From an uncultured Anaerobiospirillum sp. (GTDB taxonomy: Bacteria; Pseudomonadota; Gammaproteobacteria; Enterobacterales; Succinivibrionaceae), in NCBI GenBank assembly GCA_944392765.1, contig CALXXU010000004.1, positions 1 through 64,000 on the forward strand: 64,000 nt of DNA, written 5' to 3'. Position numbers and translations under genes: made by a program. Shown piece after piece: positions 1 through 10,700 of this stretch (its first letter is position 1; each line of letters starts with the position of its first letter). The notes beneath the pieces are model-generated. The model did no database searches and had not been told where the DNA came from. It saw only the letters and a program-made list of their open reading frames with translations.

Positions 1-1877
1 CTGAGGCTTAGCGTGGCTTAGATCACTTCAAGGCCCGTGATGTCATCTTACAGGACTTAGAGGCTCAAGGTCTGTTAGACCACATCGAAGACCACACCTT
101 AGCCCAGCCATTTGGTGACCGTGGTGGTGTGCCAATTGAGCCAATGCTCACCGACCAGTGGTATGTCCGCGCCCAGGTCTTAGGCAAGGAAGCCTTAGAG
201 GCGGTTGAAGATGGCCGTATCAAGTTCGTCCCTGCCCAGTACACCAATATGTACTATTCCTGGATGCGCGACCTGCAAGACTGGTGTATTTCGCGCCAGC
301 TGTGGTGGGGTCACCGCATTCCTGCTTGGTACGACGAGCAAGGCAAGGTCTATGTCGCCCGCAATGAGGACGAGGTTCGTCAAAAGTACCACTTAGGTGC
401 TGACGTGGTCTTAACCCAAGATCCAGATGTCTTAGACACCTGGTTTAGCTCGGCCTTATGGACCTTCTCGACCTTAGGCTGGCCTGATAACACCGAAGCC
501 CTGAAGATGTATCACCCAACCTCCGTCCTGGTTACGGGCTTTGACATCATCTTCTTCTGGGTCGCCCGCATGATCATGATGACCATGCACTTTATGAAGA
601 ATGAGGATGGCTCAAGCCAAGTCCCATTCCACACCGTCTATGTCACCGGCCTCATTCGTGACGAAGAAGGCCAGAAGATGTCGAAGTCTAAGGGCAACGT
701 CTTAGACCCAATCGATATGATCGACGGTATCAGCGCCGACGACTTAGTAGCCAAGCGCACCTCGAACATGATGCAACCGCAGATTGCCGAGAAGATCGCC
801 AAGCGCACCCGCAAACAGTTCAAGGACGGTATCGCCCCACACGGCACCGATGCACTCAGATTTACCCTGTGTGCCCTGGCTTCCAATGGCCGCGACATCA
901 ACTGGGATATGAAGCGCCTTGAAGGCTACCGCAACTTCTGCAACAAGCTGTGGAATGCCTCGCGCTTTGTGCTCATGAATGTCCAAGGTGAGGTCACCAC
1001 CCCTAAGCCAGAGGACCTCAGCCTTGCGGACAAGTTCATCTTATCGAAGCTGAGCAAGGCCATCGCCAGCGTCGAGCACTACATGGATGCTTACCGCTTC
1101 GACCAAGTAGCTGTTGCCCTCTACGAGTTCATTTGGAACGAGTACTGCGACTGGTACTTGGAGTTCACCAAGGCCACCTTAAAGGATGAGAAGGCCACGG
1201 ACGCTCAAAAGAACGCCACCGCCTACACCCTGCTCAACGTCTTAGAGACCGTCTTACGCCTGGCTCACCCAGTAATCCCATTTATTACTGAGACCATTTG
1301 GCAGCAGACCGCCCCAATGTTAGGCCGCATGAATAAGGAGCAGACCATTATGCTCGCTCCTTACCCTAAGGCCGAAGACTATGAGCAAGACGAGCAAGCT
1401 GAAGAGGCCATTGCTTGGATCAAGGACTTCATCACCTGTGTCCGTAACTTACGTGCCGAGATGAAGGCCTCCCCAGCTCTTACCTTAAATGTCATGCTGC
1501 GTGGCGCAGGCGAGCTTGAGCACAAGTGCGTTGAGAACTATGCCAACTACTTACAGCTCTTAGCTAACTGCGACGTCCCAGAGTTCGTAGAACCTGGTCA
1601 AGAGTTACCTCCTTGCGTCTCCAAGCCACTGGGCAGCGCCGAAGTGCTCATCCCGATGAAGGATCTCATCAACAAGGAAGATGAGTTAAAGCGCTTAAAC
1701 GACATGGCCACCAAGCTCGAGGGCTTAATCAAGGGTGGCGAGGCCAAGCTCAACAACGAGGCCTTCGTCTCCAAGGCTCCAGCCAAGATCATCGAAGGTG
1801 CTAAGGCTCAAGTTGCCCTCAACAAGGAGCAATTAGCCAAGATCAAGGCTCAGATCGCCGAGTTAGAGCGCCTCTAA
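1..1877 (+). CDS. valS: valyl-tRNA synthetase, C-terminal ~620 aa (5' part outside window; in-frame TAG at nt 9-11)
   Basis: ORF 129..1877 plus in-frame sequence back to nt 12 reads ...[10 protein letters not shown]...[18 protein letters not shown]..., [26 protein letters not shown] (KMSKS motif), GTDALRFT, and a C-terminal coiled coil. It is colinear with E. coli ValS from about residue 330 (recalled, not computed). Stop is TAA. Confidence 0.93.
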
Positions 1878-1894
1878 AAAGCGCCTGTAACCAG

Positions 1895-2650
1895 GCACGG
1901 CCACAGCCGTGTTCGCAGCCATGTGCGGCGTACAGCTCCCGTAGTTGTACGCCGCACGCGTATCAGTGCGCAGTCAAACACACAGTAGCGGTACCCGCGC
2001 CCGGTAAGGTGCGGGCGCCCGTAATAGTGCACACCATGCGTGGCCACAACACACAGTGTCAGCACTTCCTACCGCTAAGCCACAAAATGCGCTGCCCAGC
2101 GTCCTCACCTGAGTGTGACTAGGGCACACAGCAACTGCATAGCGCGGCCATGGCACCCAGTGTCGGCACAGCGTATGGGCGAGTCGCAAATGCGTTGCGC
2201 AGCGCCTGGGTGTGACTAAGGCGCACAGCCGCATAGAGTGGCCCAGGCACACCGTGTCGGCACGGCGTACTGGTGAACCGCAAAATGCGCAACTCAGCGC
2301 CCGCACCAAGGTATGACTGGTGCCCAGCGACTGCATAGCGTGGCCCAGGCATACCGTGTCGGTACGGCGTACTGGTGGGCTGCAAAGTGCGCTGCTCAGC
2401 ACCCACACCTAGGTGTGACTGGTACACAGCAGCGGCATAGCGTGGCCAGGGTGTACCGTGTCGGCACAGCGTACTGGTGAACCACAAAACGCGCTGCTTA
2501 GCGCCCGCACCTGAGCGTGACTGGCACCCAGCAGCGCAAACGCGGCCCAAGTACACTGTGTTGGTAGAGCGTGCCGGTGAGTTGCAATACGCACTCAGCG
2601 CCCGCACCTGGGTGTGACTATGGCAGCAGCTGCATCACGCGGTTCAGGAG
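1895..2650. repeat. degenerate tandem array, ~100-bp unit, ~7 copies, intergenic (valS 3' side)
   Basis: The landmark word g(t/c)(g/a)tgact recurs at about 2113, 2212, 2313, 2414, 2516 and 2613, with a conserved context (...gcgcccgcacctg.gtgtgactgg..cagc.gcatagcg.ggcccagg.acaccgtgtcggcac.gcgtactggtga.c.caaaa.gcgc...). More diverged copies lie at 1895-2100. Confidence 0.85.
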
Positions 2651-2836
2651 CAAGCACACGCAAGCTTCTACGGCTACAACAACGAGCTAACGCCCGCCTG
2701 CGCGCACGGAACCTTATCCGGCGCTCACTGACGTAAACAATGCCCGCTGATAACAAGTGGGCGCTAAGAACCACAGCCCCGCAGCGCTGAGTTCATTTCT
2801 CAGAGTGGTGGGGCCTTTTTTACTCTTGGAGCAAAA

Positions 2837-3337
2837 TTGAAAATCAGACGCACCGAGGAGCGTGACCTACCTCAGCTCCAGAAGATCTTCACCCAAGGCA
2901 TTGCCCGTCAGCGCAGTGAAGGCAATTTCAGCCAATGGCGTGAGGATTACCCGACCATCGAAGTCGTCAAAGCTGACATTAAGGCAGGCACAGGCTGGGT
3001 CTGCGTAGCTGATGATGACCAAACTGTCTTAGGCACTTGGGCCTTAGGCGGCCACGAACCGGTCTATAACCACTTAAAGAGCGGTCAGTGGAATTACGAC
3101 TTGCCGTACCAAGTCATTCACCGCATGGGCACTGTCCCAGGCCAAGGCGCGGGTAAGTTTATCATTGCCCATCTCCAAGCAACCTGTGATTACCCAAGGG
3201 TTGATACCTTTGAGAAGAATAGTGCCATGATTAAACTGCTGCAAAAAACCGGGTTCAAGCACTGTGGCGTCGCTTACTACGAGGGCTTTGGGGATATGCA
3301 AACCTTTGATTACAAGCGTCAACATCAAACTAAATAA
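2837..3337 (+). CDS. GNAT-family N-acetyltransferase
   Basis: 166-aa ORF (TTG start in the track) with typical GNAT layout: N-terminal R.EE.DL..L, central VLGTWALGG, and a QGAGKF segment at the expected acetyl-CoA-binding Q/RxxGxG/A position. Family call is by motif only. Confidence 0.7.
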   Translation: MKIRRTEERDLPQLQKIFTQGIARQRSEGNFSQWREDYPTIEVVKADIKAGTGWVCVADDDQTVLGTWALGGHEPVYNHLKSGQWNYDLPYQVIHRMGTVPGQGAGKFIIAHLQATCDYPRVDTFEKNSAMIKLLQKTGFKHCGVAYYEGFGDMQTFDYKRQHQTK

Positions 3338-4702
3338 GATACGCAAAAAGCAAACAGAAAAGACAAAACGGCGTTATCTCCGAGTTTATTCAAGAGTAAG
3401 GAAGTAACGTTTTTTATTTCAGCCAGAAACTTAGGCCTGTGCGGCCCAACGCATTGTTATGTTGCGGCCCGCCTTTACTGGAAGTGCACATACCAAAAGA
3501 AGCACTGGGCAGGGTCACCAAAGGAGCAACGTAACGCAGCTTAATCCCGTACCTAAGCTTGTACTCTTCGTACTGATGCGTTAGTTAACTGATACCAAAG
3601 GAAACCAAGCGTAAGGCCGCAAACCTTACGTCGCGCCCGCTCCCAATTCTCACGGAGCACTTCTGAGTCAGCCCCCAAGGGCAGGCCCAGCATGTCATTG
3701 TACCCGCGCGGAAACCGAGGCATCTCCGTTCGCGTACCACTCACCAAAAAGCACAAAAGAAAAAACAATCACCCTATTGGCGTAAGCCCATGGGGCCAAT
3801 GCTTTTGCGCTCAAAACGACCTAACCCTACCTAAGAGCTAAGTCGCGTCCGCGCCCTTACCAAGCGCGGTCAAGCGGTACGCCGCACCTACCCCCACGAT
3901 GAAACCTAACGAGTCCAAGGGTAAGTGCGCGCCAATAACGGACGTAACGGACTTACATATGCCGCAAGGCATAGTACCTAGAAATCAGACCAACTTAAGC
4001 ACCGCAAGCCAAGTGAGGCTAACCCCCACTAAACAGTGAAGCTAACCCCCACTAAGCTCGGTGCCCGAAACTCAGTCCAGACGACCAAACTGTAGCTCTG
4101 GACTGAAGAAACCTGTCATTGACCAGGATTTTGGCCTGACTTCCATTGTCTCAAAAACACCAGCACCTCAAGTGCCGACCTGCTTAAGGGCTAAAGAGCA
4201 ATCTGGGCCCAAGGGCAAGGCTTAGTGCACCTCAAACCAAGCAAAACTGATCTAAAAAAGGCCATACTGCGACCAAAATCCGGTACTGGCCTCAAGTAAG
4301 GTCAAGCTTTGACCAAAGCAAGGCACCCTGCCGCTAAACGCCCTATGGTATGACCAAGCTCTTATGAGATCGGGCAGACCAAGGTCGGAGGCACAGGGCA
4401 GCCTTTAGGCTCAGGCGTGGTTTTGGAGCTCAAGCGCAAAGGATTGCGACCTGGCGAAAGCCAGGTGCGAGCTCCAATAACAGCGCTGAGGTGATGGGCA
4501 AAAACCAGCCAAGAGGCGTGGTTTTAGCGCCGCCCCCAAGCTAGATCAGGAGAGAAGTCTCCAGGCAGCAAAGCCATTTCTATGCGCTTTATGCTCAAAA
4601 TGGAGGCTTGGTCTGGGGGCAGTGCGCCCAAATGGAGACATAGGAAGCCGTGTGAGTTCGGCTTTAAGGTACGTAGAGTAAGTCCCAGCAGTTAACGCCG
4701 CA

Positions 4703-7700
4703 TTGATTAAGCTGCATGTGCAAAGTTATACCAAAGGAAACTCTTCCAAAGTGAAACAGACTTCCTCTGCGCTCACTTTCTTACTGGCACAATACCGTGC
4801 CATCTTTAAGCGTGCCTACATCAAGGGCATCGCCTCCGCCGTCATCCTGACTGCAGGCTTGGCCGCTGGCCAGGCTCAGGCTGTTGAGTTCTACGGTTAC
4901 ACCAACTCTATCGTTCAAGGCTGGAAGGACGGCACCAACAAGTTCATTGAGTACGATAAAAATAATATTGGTGATAACTTAAACAAGTTACATCTCGACA
5001 ATTTAACCGGTATCAAAGACATTACTGCTATCAGTGGTGGTGCCATCACCCACTACTCAGGCGGAGCTTTGAGCAATAAACCAAATAGTGAAGATCAGGA
5101 TCTTAACATCCAGACTCCTTCAATTAAGTATATAAACCTCATGGGCAAGACCAATATGGTAGCCAATGAGGAAGGCACCTTAACCATTACCTCAACTGTC
5201 GATAGTGGTAGCCTGACCTTAGGTGCGGGTGAAATCGCTTTAAATGTAGAACGTGCACATAGTGGAGCTGTATATACCGGCGGTGCAGTCTTTGCTGGTA
5301 TGGCTATGAGCTATAGCGGCACTACCACCCCTTCCCCTGCCACTGTCTCAGTCACCAACAGCAACTTAAGCGTTAAGGAATCCTTCTACGCTGATGATGC
5401 GGTCATCGCAGGCTACGCCGTGCATGCCTTGTCGGGCACGGCCTCGGTTAGCGGCAATACCTTAAACTACACCTCGAACGTAGTAAAGCAAGCTGCAACT
5501 GATAAATATGAGGGCGACATTGGTATTCCATCGACCATGCTGGCCGGTGGCTTTGCTCGTAGTGCAGGCGGCAGTGCCGATGCCAAGAGCAACAAGCTGT
5601 TCTTAACGGGCGATGCTGATAGCCCAACTGTTATCACCGAAAAATCCTACTTTGGTGGTGGTTATGCTACGCTCTACAAGCTTGATGGCGGCACCAGCAA
5701 GACCAACAACAGCGTTGAGGCCAGCGGCAATATCGCTCAGTTGACTAATCTGAACTACGATGCCGAATCCACTACTGGTAAGGAAGCCTTTATCTTCGGC
5801 GGTATGGCTAATAATCAAGTTAAGGCAGCCGAGGCTAACCAAATCAAAGCAGGTGTCGCTACCGCCTCAAATAACGAGCTGACCTTAACTGACGTGGCTA
5901 TTACCACTAAAGCCACCGATACCTCGGTCAGCATCTACGGCGGTGCCGCTATTAACTCATCCTTATCTGAAGGTACTACCGGCAGCTCCACGGTCAAAGC
6001 TTCGGGCAACAAGCTCACGATCGACGCTAAGGCCCCAAAAGGCACCGAGATCAATATGGCTTCAGCAGCTGTGGCAGGTAAGGGTGCAACCATTGTCGGC
6101 GGCTTAGCTAAGCAAACCTCAGGTGACACGGATGTTACGGTTGAGGCTAGCAACAACACCCTGACCATTCAGGGCAATGTTAAGCTGACCGATGTTGACC
6201 TCTACGCTGGTCGTGCCGTTAACTCGGTAACTAATGCCAAATCAGCTGGTGTCACCACGGCCGTGGACAACGTCCTGAATGTGACCGGCAATGCCGTGTT
6301 AAAGAACACCTCGATTATCGCAGCAGCGGTTACGGGCGTTGATGCCACTAGCAAAGAGGACAACAATAAGATCATCCACGAGGGCAATAAGGCTATTGTT
6401 GACTCGGGCGTCGTAGTCATCGCCACGGATAGCAAGACAGTAAACATCGCTGGTGATGAGAGCGAGATCAAGGGCTCAGTCTGGGCGAAAACCGGTGGCA
6501 CCGTAACCGTAAGCGGTATCATCAAAGAGGGTGCTTCAGCTGCTGACAATAAGTTCTTTACTGGTACTGGCTCCTTAACGGGCACCCTCTACAACGAGGG
6601 CACGGTCAATGTCCACAACGAGCTCGATATCTCGCAGGGCAAGATTTACGCTTTAGCCGATAAGGCTGTAATCCATGTCGATGGCGCCAAGAGCAAGTTT
6701 GCAGATAGCGATGTTGACCCAATGGATGAGGGCTACGCTACCTTAAAGACCACTGAGCAGCAGATTAAGGACTACTTAACCGCAGACTCAGCCACCAACA
6801 TTACCCTGCCAGTTGAAAATAAGGGCGATACGCCTACCAAGGTTGATGAGAGCTCGGCTGGTATGCTCAAGGTCTCTTCGGGCGGTACTGTAGATTTCGG
6901 TACTTCTGTCACCCTGAGCAACTTCAACTTTAACGATGCTGACACCGCTGGTGCCATTGTCGTGCAAACGTCCAATAGCGACGCCTACTTCAAGGCCAGC
7001 ACGATCAATGTCGAGCACGCTTTAGCTAAGGATACAACCACTCAGTCTGATGTCTCCAAGCTGACTGTCGCTAAGGCCTCGCAGGTACACTTGGTAGCCA
7101 ATACCTTAAACTTAGGTGCTACTGGCCTGAACTCCTCTGATAGTGCCGACATCAGCTTTGCTGACGCCACGGTCAAGGAGAATATCAACTTCTTAGCCGC
7201 CACCTCGGGTGAGGACACCGGCACCGGTGATATCAACACCGGCTACCACCTGACCACTAAGGTTATTGGCTCCAACTTCATGAAGACCAATGACCAAAAT
7301 TCGAAGCTTGAGTACTACACTGCCTTAGACGGCAATGTAAATGGCCAAGTAAAGATTGTCTCGGGTGGCTCGTTAGAGATTGTTGATGGACACTGGACGG
7401 CTCACGACCAAATCACGGTCGCCTCGGGCGGTTCCTTAGTAGTCGGCGGTACCTCTAAGGCTGATCCATTAACCAATGGCAATAACAGCTTACCTGATGC
7501 TACCTTAACCACCTCTGGTGTAGTTCTTGACGTCAGCGTAGCCACCTCAGCAGGTAGTGAAGCTACCATTACGGCTGATGGCACTGGCCACGTCAGCGAC
7601 TGGGATGGTCAAGGTGATAACCGCGATGTCATCTTAGACTTAACCAGCGGCCTCACCATGCAAGGTGCTGTCGTAGGTGACACTGAGACCATCGCAGGCA

Positions 7701-10700
7701 AGGCTACCATCGAAGCTACTAAAGACGGTGTAGTTCGCTTAAATGCCACTGACGTCAACACCATCTTAGGTCAAAACCACCGCAATGGCGTAGACAGCGG
7801 CAATGGTGCTTTCTTAAGCGCCAGCTCTAACGGTGTACTCCAGGTTGATGGCGAGGTCAATGCAGCCTTCCGTGACTTTGATGGTGATAGTGGTACCAAT
7901 GGCTTTAACTTAGCCGACACTGGTATCTTAGAGGCTACGACCCTCAACGTTGAAAATGCCAATAAAGAGCCAGCAGCTGGTTCCAGCTACCAAGAGGATG
8001 CAGACTATATCGCCTCCTCGGCCCCGATTGAGTTTGTAGGCAAGGTCCGCGCTGATGACGTACTGCTCAACGATCTGCAACTGACTGTTAAGAGTGGTGG
8101 CACCACTTCTTATGCTTCCCAGGTCAAGGTTGGCTCGGGCACGCTGGAAGTAGCCAAGAGCTTAAGCTCGGTCAACGACACAGTCGTCTTCGGTAACGCT
8201 AGTGGCGCTGCTCACTTAGTCTTAACCAGTGACGTCGTCGGTGATGAAGGCACGGTTGATGTCAACACCCTGCGCGTTGACTCGGGCTCGATCTGCGTCA
8301 AGAACGGTGAATGGACGGCTCAGAACATCACCTTAAGCGGTGCAGACACCAGCTTGACCGTCGGTGGTGACCCTCATACTGATATCAATGACAACGAGAC
8401 CGAGGCCAGCTTAACCTTCAATCACTTGGCTATGGGTGAAGGCTCCACCTTCGCAGTGCAGGCTGACGGTAAGGCTACGGTAACCACTGCTGACTTCTCG
8501 GCCTTAAATGATACTGGTGCAGTAAGTGTTGCAGGTGAATTAACCATCATTGGCGCCAACGTTTCTGATGATGCCACCAATGGCGTTCACTTCAGCGACA
8601 CTGCGGGTTCCATCAGCATTAAGAATAATGGTCTGCTGCGCTTTGACAACCTCGCAACTAACGGTGCAATTTTAGCCGATGGTGACTATAGCGGTACTAC
8701 TATCAACTTACAGGATGGCTACACCCGGATCGACAACAATGGTGGTGAGCTCTACTTAAACTTTGACTCGGGCTCGTCCTTTGATGACGAGGCAATCATT
8801 GCCTTTAAGAATGCGCTCTTTACCGCTGGTAGCTTTGCTGCTGATGGTATGCTCAAGGACGGTGGTATCCTCAACATCGGTGCAGCCTCCTTCGAGGGCT
8901 TTAACATCACCGAGCGCCTTGAGGGCACGGGCTTAGATGGCTATACCGCAACTTGGGAGCAGGTCAAGGGCTTCAGCAACATCTACGGCAACGATGTAAC
9001 CAATGACGTCAAGAACATCACCAACATCCGCGCTATCGGCTTAATTGATACGGTTAAGGGCTCTTGGGGCTCCTTATCGATGGTATCTGGTGTCGCAACT
9101 GGTGCTCAAGTTAACCTCGACGGTAATACTTGGCTCAATTACGCCACTGGTAACAACGGCTTCTTCATCAGCAACCATGACCACAGTGCCGCTTTAGGTG
9201 CCAAGGTCGCAAGCCAGAAGAGCCTGTTCTTAGTAAATGGCGGTGCTATCGGCCATATCACCTTAGAAAACGGCAGTGCAGATGTTGAGCGTAACTACAC
9301 GACCTTAGACATCGCAGATGGCGATACCACTATTGAGTCGATCACGGCTTCCAATAACAACGCATCTACCGACACCTATGCTACCCGCGTCAATGTTCGT
9401 AGCAACACCACGGTCACCGGTGAAGATGGTATCCGCGATGTCGGCGAGGTCAACGTCTTAAATGGCGCTACCTTAACCTCCACTCAGGCTGATATCCAAG
9501 AGCTCTGGGTTGAAGAGAGTACTGCTGACATCTCCGGCACCTTAACCGTTAACGGTGATGGCACCGCTGAGGGTGATGGTGAAGCCTTAGCTTTAGGCGG
9601 CCAAATCAAGGCTGGCAGCATTGTGCTCGAGGATGGCTCTGAACTGAACGCAGCTCATGGCGGTACTATCACCACTAAGAGCGTCACGGTAGCTAACAAC
9701 AGCGCAGGCAGCACCATTCAAGTCGGCTTTGATATCGATACTATCACCGATATCATCTCGGAAGAGCACGAGAACTCCTACTACACCGGCACGGGCTACT
9801 TAGAGGTTTCTGATTACTTAGATCTCAACGGTGCACGCTTAGTAGTTGATCCTGCTTACGATGAGGCTACCTCGGTTGCGGCTGTGATGAATTTCAAGAA
9901 CGGCCAAGATAAGAACTATGACAAGGTCTTCAATGACGCAGGCATTGTCAATGGCTCAGTCTTAGTTGGTAAGAACGCAGCCTTAGGTATCGGTGCTTCT
10001 TTAGCTGAGACTCGTGAGGCGATCGCTACTTACCAGACTAACGGTGCCTTAGATGCCAACAAGTATGGCTCGATCCTGTACTTAAATGGCCAGCTGACCT
10101 TAGACGGCGACTCGGAGATTGCGCTGAACTCTGATGCTAACGTTAAGACCTTAGACGGTATTCGCGATAGCCTCAAGTACACCATCACCAGCCAAGTCCA
10201 AGACCAGTACGCTGATTTAGGCTTAGGTAAGAACACCGCGATCTTGATGACCGAGGCTGCCTTCGAGAATGAGAAGGGTGAGAAGACTGGCGTTGCCATC
10301 TCCTTTGATCGCACCAATGCGGTCGTCAATGGCCAAGGTGGTGATATTGTCTTAGTTGGTGCCTTTGACGCATCTCAGACGCTCAACTTCTTCAAGGACA
10401 AGGACGGTGAGGGCCACGAAGGCGCTTACATCGCCGGTCAAGATATCAAGGTCTACACTCAAAACGGCTTCCTCTACACCACCTTAAAGGCTGGTACTGA
10501 GGACGGTTATGGCAAGGTCTTACATGTCGACACTGATCGTGCTTTCCAAGTCATGTCGGAGGCTTCCGATCCTGTAGTCAACACTCTGATCTCCTACCAC
10601 GAGGATCGCTTACCAGCTGACAGCACCAGCGGTAACGATGCAGGCAATGACAGCGGCGATGATACCGTAGCTTGGACTGAGATTCAGACTCCAAGCGCTG

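Noticed and set aside
9-11. TAG reassigned as a sense codon (suggested by the in-frame TAG in valS)
   Set aside because: TAG terminates the autotransporter exactly after the canonical terminal Phe. It also terminates paralog C at the position where paralog B uses TAA, and it ends flgM and cheR sensibly. Standard code 11 fits the window.
1974-2607. Minus-strand ORFs of 144, 162 and 61 aa across the valS-GNAT spacer
   Set aside because: Their sequences are periodic (…CRHG.PGPRYA…) because they read through the ~100-bp tandem array. They overlap one another in different frames and have no SD or homology. They are treated as repeat artefacts.
1895-2650. Possible CRISPR array (also considered for 34460-34590)
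   Set aside because: The units are contiguous degenerate repeats without interspersed unique spacers. Unit sizes (100 bp and 15 bp) do not fit, and no cas genes are in the window.
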